DNA of 64,000 bases, taken from the NCBI RefSeq assembly GCF_011745625.1, contig NW_027191475.1:248001-312000 (forward strand), in the 5' to 3' direction. This document shows positions 53,489 through 64,000 of this stretch, one piece after another. The DNA is from Cladosporium halotolerans (Eukaryota). Position numbers and translations under genes: made by a program. Position 1 is the first letter of the stretch; the number at the start of each line of letters is the position of its first letter. The notes under the pieces were generated by a model that made no database searches, was not told the origin of the DNA, and saw only the letters and a program-made list of their open reading frames with translations.

Positions 53489-54004
53489 ATGCTGAATAGA
53501 TACAACACCCAAAACAATACCAACTATGGCCCGATCAACAGTCCCTACTCTAGCGGCAGTTTCGGACCAGTAGTTCCCTACACGAACGCTCCACTGATCA
53601 ATGCTCCCGACCGTTCCCTCATCCACGCTCCACGCTATGGCGGCTTTCGCCCATCATACTCACCCACATGGGCGCCCTCGCCTTCCTACTCGTGGTCACC
53701 ATCCGCCACCTGGGCTCCTTCGCCTTCATACTCCTTATCACCGACCTACGTCCATCCGCCCCTACCGCACGTGGTCTACCCGCCGCCAGTCTACAACTAC
53801 CCATCTTACGACCCAGAGATTTTAGATGATCCACACGACCACTGCTGCCAGAGTATTGTGCACGTCCATTGTCCGGGGCACGTGAGAAGACCTTCGTACG
53901 GATATCGGCCGTCGTATGGATATAGGCCCAGGAGAGGCCCGTTTTGGGGTCCTGGAAACGGTGGGATTTTGATCGGGCCTTGGGGAATAAGTATTGACGG
54001 TTAG
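53489..54004 (+). CDS. Orphan Tyr/Pro/Ser-rich protein, 171 aa
   Basis: ATG-initiated ORF filling the CTF4-LAA1 gap. Its internal peptide repeats differ mainly at synonymous positions. AATAAA at 54092. Confidence 0.65.
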   Translation: MLNRYNTQNNTNYGPINSPYSSGSFGPVVPYTNAPLINAPDRSLIHAPRYGGFRPSYSPTWAPSPSYSWSPSATWAPSPSYSLSPTYVHPPLPHVVYPPPVYNYPSYDPEILDDPHDHCCQSIVHVHCPGHVRRPSYGYRPSYGYRPRRGPFWGPGNGGILIGPWGISIDG

Positions 54005-54257
54005 TGGTCGAGGGGAGAGGAATCGTCAAAATGCAACGGTGGGCTGAAGATACCGCTGGAAATGGTGCGCTTGTTTGATATAATACCAGTGAATAAAACC
54101 CCAAAAACACCACGTATGTTCGTAACTTTGCTGAGACCGGGTCTCGTATTCGCAACCTAGATGACTTTGTAAAAATCTCGACGATCCGAAGCAAGTGACC
54201 ACAATTACAGTGCTATTCGTAAAGTATCGAGCCGAAATCCCCTATCTCGCGACTCGC

Positions 54258-57200
54258 TCAGAAGTTCATCTTAAGCGCAATACTCGGCTCCCCGGACACG
54301 CCCACATCCTGCTTGACCTGCGAGCCCGCCCTAGCCTTGAGCACCCTCTCCATCAGTGCCTTCTCTTCGCCCTGCAAACTGCCCACAACTCCTCTGAACA
54401 CAGCATTGTCCGCTGCAGCGAGCTCCAGCAACCTAGTCGCAGTCTCTTGGTGCGTGCTCTCGCCCTCTTTGGCTGCGCGCTGGAGTAGCGTCGACATGAC
54501 CAGCGCTGTGACGGCCGCTTTGCCCGCAGCTGGAACTCGCGAGACAAAGGCGGTCAGAGTCTGGGCCATGAGGGTGCGGCTTTCGTCCATGCCCTCGATC
54601 TCCATATTGGGCTCTGCAAGGAACTTGACGGCGTGCGCGAAGAATTGTCGTGAGCAGACGCCGGCTAGTAGAAGAGTCCTGATGCAGCCGGCAGCGACGC
54701 GGGAGGTCATGCGATTCTCGAGGCATTCGCTGAGCTCTGCTGAGAACTTGACGACCAGTGGCTCGCTATCTCCGAATATCTTGCCTGCCGTTGAGATGAG
54801 GATGGTGGAGGCGAGGAGCGTGTTCTTCTCACACGGTACACTGGCTTCCGTCTCTCTCCTCTGCGCATTCCGCAGAATGGCCAGCATCCTTGCGAGCGCA
54901 TTGAGCAGCTGCTTCTTCGTATCGGCCTGCGCTTCGCCCGCAATGTTTGCGACGAAGCGGCGCAGAACCGGCAGTGACGTGGGGACAACAACAGCTTGGC
55001 AGACTCCTGTGCCGAGGATCGTGACAAATATGTTGAGGATCGTGGCGTGCAGGTCGGTCTTGATGATGCTCGGGAAAACGTCACTAACGTCAACCAAAGC
55101 CTGCAACGAGGTCCGCACCAGGCTCTGCGCCTCCTCGCTTGTTTCGAGCTTAGCGGATACCGGGGTGTCTGAAAGGCCGGGAATGAGTCCTGCAAGGACG
55201 AGCACGATGATGCGGGTGAGCTCAAACAGCTGTTCGATATCGTCTGACAAGTGCTCGTTGGTGTCGGATGCATCGACACCGTGTCGGGAAGATGGATGAG
55301 CAATGCAGAGATTGCGGGCAATCTCGACTATGATAGCCTGAACTCCGAGGCTTTCAGTGAGCACCATGCGGTCGAAGAGGTCCATGCTCTCAGCGAACAC
55401 CACTTCTTGATAGATAGCATTGCCCGACACTGATGGCCGCAGAATCTTCTTCAGAGCCTGCAAGATGTCTAGGTTCCGTTGGCGGGTAACGATATCGTCG
55501 TCGTTCGATCGTACTGCAAGTGATTCGAAGACGAGACCAAAGAGAACGAAGAAGAAAGCGACGGGCTCTTCGCGGTAGTTGATGTCCGAAGGTTTGCGCT
55601 GGCCCTCGTCTCCTTCTTCGGCCGCTGGCTCAAGCTTTTTGTTATCCAAAGCGTCGAAGACAAGTTCGCTATCTTCGTCGATCAAACTAGCAATCGCATC
55701 GACCAGGCTGAGCCAAGACTCTTGGTAGAAGCGAAGCAAGGTCTGTCTGTTGAGGGACGCATAGACAGTGTCAAGGTCGTCAGTCAAAGAAGCTGTTCCA
55801 GTGGTAGCCGTGATATCGGGCTCGAACCTCAACCTCGCGTATTCCTTGAGGGAGCTAAGCCAAAGAGGAACAAGTTTGGCAATATGCGGCTTCACAACAT
55901 CATCAAGGTACTTCTGCTCGCCACTTGCGACTTGCAGCTCTGCCCATGCGGAAAAGACAGCCATGCGTACCATGACCTGGGCGTTTGAGCTGAGACCCTG
56001 GAGATCGCCAATGGACGCTGTCTCGGCCTCCTGCGAGAAGCTCTCAAGCGCGGAGACTAGCAGTTTGAGGATTCGGCCCATACGTTCAACGTCCGTCACA
56101 ATGCCAGTCGAAATGAACGTGCCGCACACGTCGACAGCTTCAGCAGCGAGCTCAGGCGAGGAGTCCGACGCGAAGGCAGGCGTCAGAGCGGAACTAATCT
56201 GCGCCTGGTACTGCTCGAGTAGCATCGCTTCGCTGAAGTCTGGGTCCGGCGTACGACCGAACATCTTCAAGATCTGTTCGACGATCCGCAAACCGACCAC
56301 ACGAAGCGAAGCTACAGATGCAGTAGAAGCCGAGAAAGCAATGCGGACGATATCAGCAACCTTCTGCTGCAAGGCCGCCTCACCAGGGCTGTCATCGCTG
56401 ATTGCTGCTTCTTTACTGATCATCGCAATCAAAGTGTGCAAACACTCCATGGCGAAAAGACGAACCTGCCAACGCATGAGCTCTTGCGTCGATGTGGCAG
56501 CTGCAGCATCGTCTTCTTTGGCTGCGCCCTCCGTAACTGCAAAGCCAGCAACCTCTTCATCCTGAAGGTCGGGTCCAGCGGTGTCTTTCGGTCGCGCTGT
56601 CTGGCGATGCTCGACTCGCGCTTTTGTCTTGGTCAAGATGGTGTTGCACCTGGAGATCCATTCGCCCGGATTGCTTGACCCTGTCTGCTGAAGCCAATTG
56701 TGGAAAATGTTTCGGATGGCCAGCGTGTCGGGTTGCTCGTTGAGGTAATCCCACAGCCGCTCTTCGAGCCCAGGCTTCGCGGCGCGGGCAATTTCTGGTG
56801 CATCCCGTCTCATGAGACCGAAAAGACCGCCGACAGCTGCCTGTGATATCTCGGGAGATGGCGAATCCATGTCGCTTTGCAGACGCTGCACATATGCAAC
56901 GAACTCCAAGTGACCCGGCGCATACAACGACAGGTGCTCCATGCATCGCATGCTGGCAAGCAGCACGTCAGTCTCCGTTTCTTGGGAGTATAATCTGACC
57001 AATGTCAGGATCATATCCCTCTGCTTGGCCATATCTTGCAAATCCGGCCCGAGTACATTGATGAGCGAGTCGACGCCATGGGCGATGGCAGCCGTCACAG
57101 GCAAGTCCATAGATGTGTTAGACGACGCCAGTGCGGCAGTCTCACTGTTATGGCTATCAGAGACATACAGCTGGCTCAGCATACCGATTGCGCTCGTAAC

Positions 57201-60200
57201 ATAGCTGGAGAAGTTCAGACCTGCCGACTCCGCTACTTGAGCCAAGCTCTCCAGCGCCCAGAAGTGGACGAGTGGGTGCGTGTCTGCAGCAAGAGACATG
57301 AGTATCCCCACGATGTTTCGCATGTGGAACCCTGCCGCCATGCCGCCTAGATGAGAATGGATTGACGCAAGAGCGAGTGCGCATCCAGCACGAACATGTG
57401 GCTCTCGGTTGTTCACCACAGTCTCCGTTAAATTTGTAACTTCGCTCGTGGTGAATGTTGAGCCCGATGCGTTACAGAGACGTCCAAAAGCCTCTGCTGT
57501 CATGAGGCGAACGCTTTGGTCGGGAGACTGAATTGATGCTCGAAGCAGGGCCTGCAGAGCATTCTCGGCTTGAGTGCTCGCTATGCTGCCTTTGAAGCTT
57601 CCACTCTCGCCCGTAGCTACTCTAAGCATGGCAAATAGCGCGGTCGTAACGTTTGTGGAAATCGCCATCTTTCTGGCAGGATCTTTCTGCAAAGCTGAAG
57701 CTCCAAGTGACCCAGACATCTGCTCGAGCATGCTCTCCTGAACCTTCGGCGTCTGCAGAGGCAGGGAAAGCGCGAAGACAGCAATCGCAGCATTAACAGC
57801 TTCGGTCGCCGGCGAGACGGGCGGCCGATCTGAAGCAGCGTCGTCCAGATAGCAGCATGTAGCATCGAACTCAGCCGCACTGACTATCGGAGATGCTACC
57901 ACATCAGCAATGACACCCTCGTCGTCCGATCTCGAGCTCCAGTGCCTCAGAAGCTTGCGCGTGACAGCATCCTCAACATTCAGCCCATTTACGAGACTAG
58001 TGACGCCAAAGCCGTAATTGTCGGCAGCCTCCCAGATACTGTCGTAAGCGCCAGCAGAGCTTGCGATCGAAGCTCCGAAAGAACTGGGAGAGTAGTAGTC
58101 TGCGCTGGAGAATGATGAGACGGCTAAGGGCAAAAGCGACGAGTGGGCCGTCGCTTCGATGGCACCTGCGGGACTGAGTGTGAGGAGTTGCGAGAAGCAC
58201 TCGAAAACTCGTTGGCGGGCCGTCACCTCGTAATCTTGCAGTTGCAAGGTGGGAGAGAGACGGTTCTGTGGGTCATCGCTCGTTCGCTTCCATGGAAGAC
58301 CTTGCAAGAAGGATACCGTATTCTCTAGCATGGCAGAGAGTCTTCGTGAAACATCCGATGTGAGCAGCCTTTGGTTATAATTTAAGAAGGCTTTGATGGA
58401 ACCAAGGGCGCATTCCCTGACATGTGCCAGGTAGCTCAGTTCGAGCATACTCCGCTGTGAGATATTCTCTTTTGGAACTGGCTTGGGGAGAGCATTCTTC
58501 CATAGCAGCATTAGTTGCGAAAGATGTATCTTAACGAAATTGGGTCCAAGCGACATGAGGCCGCCGATCATGACCCAGGCAACCTCCAGTTGGCAGCTGG
58601 AAACGCGAAGATCCGAGCTACCCGCAGACTTGAGAAGGTTTGTAGCCTGAGACAGTACCCTTGCGTATACATCGACAGAGCCGTACAGCGGATGCTTGTT
58701 GGACGCACTCAATATAGCAGCCAGACCATGGGCATAGCCGATGCATCGCTTGGGACTTGCTTGTGGGTTTCCGAGAAGATTCAGCTCGCGGTTGACGCTG
58801 TTCAAGCATATCGTCACACTCGGCAGAAGTTGCTGCGGTAGTGCCAGCACCAGAGCACGGAGCGCTCTGGCTGTGTGAATCTGTACGGCAAAGCTAGGAT
58901 GAGGTAAGACTTGGAGCAAGCCTTCACGACAAGACTCCGCAATGACGCCTACACCAGCATCTAGGCAGCGGATTAATGAAATCAAAGCGGTGATGGCTGC
59001 AGTCAGGACGTGCTTAGAAGGTTCTTGCCTCTCCTTCACGGTGGGCGGGTAGTCCTTGATAATATCGTTGACAAGGAAACGACAGGCATTGAGCTGAGCT
59101 GTCTCACCGAGCATTCGCATCACAACCCGCTCGAGAATGATGCTGACGAATTTTCTACTAATCAAAAGACGGTACTTGTTGAACTGTAGGCCTTGGTGAT
59201 TCAAGACGTCGTAGAACAGATGTCGCGCGATTTCTCCGTAGTTCTTTTCGACAATGCTCTCTCCAAGCGATTTCAACACTTTGACATACGTGTTCATCAC
59301 CGCCGTGCGTGCTTTGTTCGAGGTTGTTGGGCGCATATAATGCATCGAGAGCAGTCGAAGGATCTCTACCACGCTGTAGGAGAGTGCTGTCGCTGGCTTT
59401 TCTGGTGCCGGGGAGGAAGTCCGCTCGGCTTCTTCTTCGGCATCTTCAGGTTTTGTCTTCTTCGTCTTCTTTGGTTTCTTGATCCTAGGAACAGCGTCTT
59501 TGTTGGGGGATGCGGAATAGCTCTTAACCAAGACCGCTGCAAGGCAAGAGGACGCCGACCGTCGCACGGAGATTGATGAGCTTTCCATTGCCCTCCATAT
59601 CGCTGCCTGCAACTTCTCAAAGTCGTTCGAGTTGTCGTAAGTGGTGGTATGTAATACCAGTTGCTCTAAGCACCAGCACGCGGATGCCTGGACGAGCATA
59701 GACTTGTCGCCGGTGACGGCATTGCGAGCCTGCTTCCAGATAGTCCGGCCAATGTCATCTTCAATCGCCGCGACTATGCCTTTCACAATCTTTCCCAAAG
59801 CGCGGAAAATGGCGCTGCGATATCCAGTGTCATTGCCAGCCGGCTTCAGCTGCTTGATCAACGCGGTACACGCAAGCGGAGACAAGCTGACCGCGCTGTC
59901 TCCCGCAGCCTCGAATATCGCGCCTAAGCAATGCGCAGCGGCATGTTTCGTCCGAAGGTCCTTCTCTTTACCAGCATTCAGCAGAGCGACGCAGTCGTTG
60001 ATCGACTCATACAGGATCTTTCTGCTACCCTTGGTGAGGATACCGTTGAAAGACCGGCCTAGATTCCCACGTATCACTCTCGTCGGCGCGGGAGAGGAGA
60101 GGTTTATAATCTGGAAAAGCTCCGCCTTCAATGCGGTCTGCTCCGCAGTCGCGGACTCAGCGGTGAGGCCTTCGACATGCTTGGCCAGGTCAGCAGAGAA

Positions 60201-60359
60201 GGTGAGGAGGTATAGATCCTGTTGCTCCGAGGGTAGAGCATGCAGTTTCGCGACGTCGAGCTGAAAAGGCGACGATGTACCATTCGATGCTGGCGCGGGG
60301 CTTTGGTCTGTGGTGTTTGCGGTCGGCGGCGGGGTCGCTGCCTCTTGTGGTTCGGGCAT
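54258..60359 (-). CDS. LAA1: HEAT-repeat AP-1 accessory protein Laa1/Sip1/HEATR5
   Basis: 2033-aa single-exon helical-repeat ORF with QLMLLWKNALP, RAGCALAL..IHS..GGM and DPDF..LLEQYQAQISSALTPAF. Confidence 0.9.
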   Translation of the reverse strand: MPEPQEAATPPPTANTTDQSPAPASNGTSSPFQLDVAKLHALPSEQQDLYLLTFSADLAKHVEGLTAESATAEQTALKAELFQIINLSSPAPTRVIRGNLGRSFNGILTKGSRKILYESINDCVALLNAGKEKDLRTKHAAAHCLGAIFEAAGDSAVSLSPLACTALIKQLKPAGNDTGYRSAIFRALGKIVKGIVAAIEDDIGRTIWKQARNAVTGDKSMLVQASACWCLEQLVLHTTTYDNSNDFEKLQAAIWRAMESSSISVRRSASSCLAAVLVKSYSASPNKDAVPRIKKPKKTKKTKPEDAEEEAERTSSPAPEKPATALSYSVVEILRLLSMHYMRPTTSNKARTAVMNTYVKVLKSLGESIVEKNYGEIARHLFYDVLNHQGLQFNKYRLLISRKFVSIILERVVMRMLGETAQLNACRFLVNDIIKDYPPTVKERQEPSKHVLTAAITALISLIRCLDAGVGVIAESCREGLLQVLPHPSFAVQIHTARALRALVLALPQQLLPSVTICLNSVNRELNLLGNPQASPKRCIGYAHGLAAILSASNKHPLYGSVDVYARVLSQATNLLKSAGSSDLRVSSCQLEVAWVMIGGLMSLGPNFVKIHLSQLMLLWKNALPKPVPKENISQRSMLELSYLAHVRECALGSIKAFLNYNQRLLTSDVSRRLSAMLENTVSFLQGLPWKRTSDDPQNRLSPTLQLQDYEVTARQRVFECFSQLLTLSPAGAIEATAHSSLLPLAVSSFSSADYYSPSSFGASIASSAGAYDSIWEAADNYGFGVTSLVNGLNVEDAVTRKLLRHWSSRSDDEGVIADVVASPIVSAAEFDATCCYLDDAASDRPPVSPATEAVNAAIAVFALSLPLQTPKVQESMLEQMSGSLGASALQKDPARKMAISTNVTTALFAMLRVATGESGSFKGSIASTQAENALQALLRASIQSPDQSVRLMTAEAFGRLCNASGSTFTTSEVTNLTETVVNNREPHVRAGCALALASIHSHLGGMAAGFHMRNIVGILMSLAADTHPLVHFWALESLAQVAESAGLNFSSYVTSAIGMLSQLYVSDSHNSETAALASSNTSMDLPVTAAIAHGVDSLINVLGPDLQDMAKQRDMILTLVRLYSQETETDVLLASMRCMEHLSLYAPGHLEFVAYVQRLQSDMDSPSPEISQAAVGGLFGLMRRDAPEIARAAKPGLEERLWDYLNEQPDTLAIRNIFHNWLQQTGSSNPGEWISRCNTILTKTKARVEHRQTARPKDTAGPDLQDEEVAGFAVTEGAAKEDDAAAATSTQELMRWQVRLFAMECLHTLIAMISKEAAISDDSPGEAALQQKVADIVRIAFSASTASVASLRVVGLRIVEQILKMFGRTPDPDFSEAMLLEQYQAQISSALTPAFASDSSPELAAEAVDVCGTFISTGIVTDVERMGRILKLLVSALESFSQEAETASIGDLQGLSSNAQVMVRMAVFSAWAELQVASGEQKYLDDVVKPHIAKLVPLWLSSLKEYARLRFEPDITATTGTASLTDDLDTVYASLNRQTLLRFYQESWLSLVDAIASLIDEDSELVFDALDNKKLEPAAEEGDEGQRKPSDINYREEPVAFFFVLFGLVFESLAVRSNDDDIVTRQRNLDILQALKKILRPSVSGNAIYQEVVFAESMDLFDRMVLTESLGVQAIIVEIARNLCIAHPSSRHGVDASDTNEHLSDDIEQLFELTRIIVLVLAGLIPGLSDTPVSAKLETSEEAQSLVRTSLQALVDVSDVFPSIIKTDLHATILNIFVTILGTGVCQAVVVPTSLPVLRRFVANIAGEAQADTKKQLLNALARMLAILRNAQRRETEASVPCEKNTLLASTILISTAGKIFGDSEPLVVKFSAELSECLENRMTSRVAAGCIRTLLLAGVCSRQFFAHAVKFLAEPNMEIEGMDESRTLMAQTLTAFVSRVPAAGKAAVTALVMSTLLQRAAKEGESTHQETATRLLELAAADNAVFRGVVGSLQGEEKALMERVLKARAGSQVKQDVGVSGEPSIALKMNF

Positions 60360-60666
60360 TGTTCGCGGAATGTGGTGGGTGTATTAGCACTTCATGTCCC
60401 GCGCGAAAGCATCAATCTTCAGTCGAAAGGGCGTCCAGTGGAATAAGTCAGAAATCAAGATATACCGGAGTGAGCTTGTTGTCAACTTCGTCGCAGCGCG
60501 CACGCGAGAACAGCCAGACAGTCGACCAGCTACCCCAGCATATGACGAATTCAGGGGTCTAGAATTAATCAAACTCCCAAACCCCAGTTCGGCAATCAAT
60601 TCATGGGCCAAAATCGACGAGGCCCCGTTACACAGCACTCGTCCACATCACAGCACATCCCCAACA

Positions 60667-61548
60667 ATGGCACCAAGCCGAGGCATCCGTCTCCTCTCGA
60701 CCGCGTCGCGCGCACCGTCTGCCGTTTGGGGCAGACAACTCTCCACGAGCAGCATACGACTTTCTGGCCACAACCGATGGTCAAAGATTAAGCACGATAA
60801 AGGCAAGGCGGACGCCTTCAAGAACCGTCAGCGGTCCATCTTCGCACAGGAAATTGCCACGGCATCAAAGCTCTTCGGACCCGAACCAGGCGGAAACCCG
60901 AAACTTGCGGACCTCATCACGAAGGCTAAGAAGGAAGGCTTCGCTAAGGCTTCTATCGAGGCGGCGATTGCGCGTGGGCAGGGAAGGAGCTTGGACGGCG
61001 CCACGCTGGAGAGTGTGACGGTAGAAGGGATGTTGCCGAACAATGTCGGCGTCATTGTGGAGTGCGAGACGGACAACAAGCTACGGACGCTTGCGGATGT
61101 TAGGCTGGTGATCAAGGAGAATGGAGGAGCTGCTACGCCTTCAAGTTACCTGTTCGAGAAGAAGGGAAGAATAGTCTTCGAACAGAAGGGAGGAGTAGGG
61201 ATGGATGAGGTCATGGAGCCCGCTTTGGACGCTGGCGCTACAGATGTGGACGAGCTCGAAGACGGCAGCGTTGTGGTTTTCGCCGCACCGGAAGATACCA
61301 AAGCGGTCGGAGAGGCTGTCTCAGAGGCTTTGGGAATTCAGGTCAAGACGTCTAGCATCATCTGGGATCCGAATGAAGAGACGAAAACGCCAGTGGCTAG
61401 CGAGGATGCAGCACAGGATCTGTCTGCTTTTATCGACGACATGATGGACAGGGAAGCCACCGTGCAGGCTATTTCCATGAATGTCGCACAAGGTGGGCTG
61501 GCTCTAAATGCGTGGCAGGATCTACAAGCTCGGCTGAGCTCTTCATGA
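60667..61548 (+). CDS. Mitochondrial YebC/PmpR-family protein (TACO1/Dpc29-like)
   Basis: Arg/Ser-rich presequence, then SGHNRWSKIKHDK, NPKLA, VECETDN and YLFEKKG. Confidence 0.9.
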   Translation: MAPSRGIRLLSTASRAPSAVWGRQLSTSSIRLSGHNRWSKIKHDKGKADAFKNRQRSIFAQEIATASKLFGPEPGGNPKLADLITKAKKEGFAKASIEAAIARGQGRSLDGATLESVTVEGMLPNNVGVIVECETDNKLRTLADVRLVIKENGGAATPSSYLFEKKGRIVFEQKGGVGMDEVMEPALDAGATDVDELEDGSVVVFAAPEDTKAVGEAVSEALGIQVKTSSIIWDPNEETKTPVASEDAAQDLSAFIDDMMDREATVQAISMNVAQGGLALNAWQDLQARLSSS

Positions 61549-62101
61549 GACACAGATTGACTTGGACTCAATCGCAAGGGCGGCGGAAACCCACCCGGAT
61601 TGATTCCACGCGAGAACGCTGCTCTTGTACTCCCATTTGTACAAATTCATGTACTCATAGATGTATAAACATACTATTACGAGACTCATAAAGGCAAATA
61701 GCCTTTGACATCACATTCCGGGTGGAGGAACTCCCTCCGACTGACACGTCCTTCTAAGTAATTAATTCATATGCTATACAATAATATTAGAGTTCTTTGT
61801 GATGGCCCATTTCTGAAAGTACGAGGTGCTCTGTGTCCCAATACTAGAACCAGAAGGAGGATCACATGCGATGACAACACTGACGTTAGCAGTTTGCGCA
61901 GGCATACACATGTGCGGCAATCTACGAATACCGAGATTTCGTGATCCTTCAAAACCACACCGCGCAATAAGGCATCATCATAGTGGGAACGACCTTCTAG
62001 AAAGTGTTCTAAAACGCACTTCATCCATTCTGATGCCGTATCTCTTCCCCAACATACATTGGCCAACAGATTCATCTTGTCGGGGTGGTAAAACATAACA
62101 G

Positions 62102-62145
62102 TAGGGTTAGGGTTGGGGTAAAGCTTCCCCCAAGGCTTAGGGTTA
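62102..62145 (+). repeat. Short interstitial telomere-like (TTAGGG) tract
   Basis: tagggttagggttgggg..cttagggtta. Confidence 0.5.
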
Positions 62146-62841
62146 CCGACATGCCTGCCATCGCGAATTCGGAAACCCGCAGACGAAGAAATGCAGAGTG
62201 TTTTCGGGACTGTTGCTACCATCATCATCCATTCATTGCACGAACGTACTAGGCTACTCACCACCCCATGCTTAAATTACTTCTCGAGGCACGGAGAAAA
62301 GCGTGGCTGTACGGCACTTTAAACTTACCTATACAACCAAAGAGACAGCAATCATCAACGACGTGGAAGTCGGCAGCAAGAATAAACGATTGAGAGCAGA
62401 CTCAGACCTTCTCTATGCTATTATGCCATGAGGTTACGGATGCACACATATCCGTATTGAGCGCTCGGTTTATCAGACGCCGAATCGCACGAAGACTGGC
62501 CCGAGGCCAAGTCAATTATGACGCGCCAGGTGCAGATCGACCACGAGTGTCGCTGCGGCTCCTCCACGCCATGAGCATGCTTGGTCACACCAAGGGCCGT
62601 GTGTGTGGAGTGCCGTGGGGATATCTGGAGGAGCATAGCCACTGTGCCTCAACGCTCTCCATCCCTTCTCCAAAACCTCCGTAAGTGGAACCCTCATTCG
62701 GCCCCGGAAGATCGAGGCACGAACAGGACATTAGGGAAGATCGAGGTAGGTTTACTGGGTATGATGGACCGTCTTCAGAGCATTTCAACCTCTTCTCAGC
62801 TTTGGATGTTTTGCTCTCCAATTCTTTTCATCTACCACACG

Positions 62842-64000
62842 ATGGGCTTCCTAGACACTACTGGCAGCCTCAGGGGAAGAGCCTTGCGATGGGCCATCAC
62901 GGCATGCTCATGCCAGGCTTTCCTACTCTTAGGCTTCGACCAAGGCGTCATGTCCGGCTTGATTGGGGCGGACAACCAATTCGGTCGTGATTTCAACAAC
63001 CCGGATGCGAATACACAGGGCATCATTACCTCAATCTACGGTAAAACAGGGCTATCGTGGTTATACAATATGTCTGGAGGGCTAATTCGAGGCAGACATT
63101 GGTTGTGCTATCGGCTGCCTGTTTTGCTTTGTGTACGGCGAACGTTTCGGTCGCAAGCGAATGATCATTGCCGGAGGTTCGTTGTCTCTCGCCAATGCAC
63201 TCGAAGCGCTAGGATGACTGATGTTCATATTCAGGCACAACGATGATAGTTGGCACGGTGTTGCTCGGGTCGGCAACTACCCTAGCTCAACTACTCGTCG
63301 GGCGCGTTGTGACTGGGATTGGTAACGGCTTCAACTCAGCAACGATTCCAGTATACCAGTCCGAAATGTCGAAGCCTGAGATCCGAGGAACTCTACTCTG
63401 CGCACAGGGAACACTCACCATCCTGGGATTATGCATAGCTTATTGGCTTGATTACGGCATGTCATTCGTTGATGGCCCTGCTCAATGGCGCTTTCCTATC
63501 TCGTTCCGTAAGGTTGACAGCGACGGTCTCAAGGACATACACTGACATTTCACAGAGGCTTTCTTTGCAATTTGTCTCGTGATCCAAGTTCTCCCGCTAC
63601 CTGAGACGCCACGCTGGCTGATTGAACATGGCCGCACGACGGATGGATCCCGCATTCTTGCCGCTTTACGATCCAAAGACAGCACAACAGACGACGAAGA
63701 AATCGTGTACCAACGCCGTGCCATTGAGACAGCACTGGAATTGGAGTCCGCTGGCGGGCCCTTCCAATACAAAGAGTTGTTGCAGGGCGGAAAACTTCAA
63801 AACTTGCGCCGGATGATACTGTGCGGAATGGTCAACTTGATGCAACAATTTACGGGTAAGCTTAGAAGAGAACGTGATCAGCCACCTAACGCCTGACACT
63901 GTACTAGGCTCCAATGTGATCAACTACTACGCTCCAACGGTGTATCAGAACGCAATGAATCTCGAACGGAATCTGTCGCTCATTCTTGGCGGCTGCACAT
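62842..64000 (+). CDS. MFS sugar porter (STL1-like), 5' part, runs off the window
   Basis: LLGFDQGVMSG, GERFGRKR, GRVVTGIGNG..IPVYQSE, WRFP, PETPRWL and QQFTG|SNVINYY; several short introns. Confidence 0.92.

Noticed and set aside
61767..62264. 165-aa minus-strand ORF
   Set aside because: Non-ATG start and no recognisable features; its PNPNP stretch is just the telomere-like tract.

Overview
Gene-dense eukaryotic DNA from a filamentous ascomycete (probably a Dothideomycete; this is inferred from the short GT-AG introns with CTRAC/CTRAT branch sites and from the gene content). I read 24 protein-coding genes by hand-splicing. Housekeeping-type genes: 3' part of an Ede1/Eps15-like UBA protein, an FMO, GGC1, a divergent SEC11 paralogue, FES1, actin, a TDA3-like oxidoreductase, RAD57, a facC/YAT1-type carnitine acetyltransferase, GLT1, CHZ1, CTF4/sepB, LAA1, a TACO1/YebC protein and the 5' part of a sugar porter. 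A secreted GH43 and a LURP-one/Tubby-C2 gene are also present. Between the carnitine acetyltransferase and GLT1 lies an accessory-looking block of about 13 kb. It holds an aldo-keto reductase, a secreted quercetin 2,3-dioxygenase head-to-head with a secreted GH3 beta-glucosidase, and three related Zn2Cys6 regulator genes. One regulator is short (about 185 aa), and its zinc cluster is missed by the ORF track because its first cysteine codon is split by a GC-AG intron. This block is my best candidate for an undescribed system, a flavonol-glycoside catabolism module with its own regulators. A Tyr/Pro/Ser-rich orphan ORF at 53.5 kb shows internal evidence of being a real gene. No rRNA, tRNA, CRISPR array or recognisable transposon was seen. 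All product calls come from motif recognition and were not checked by database search.
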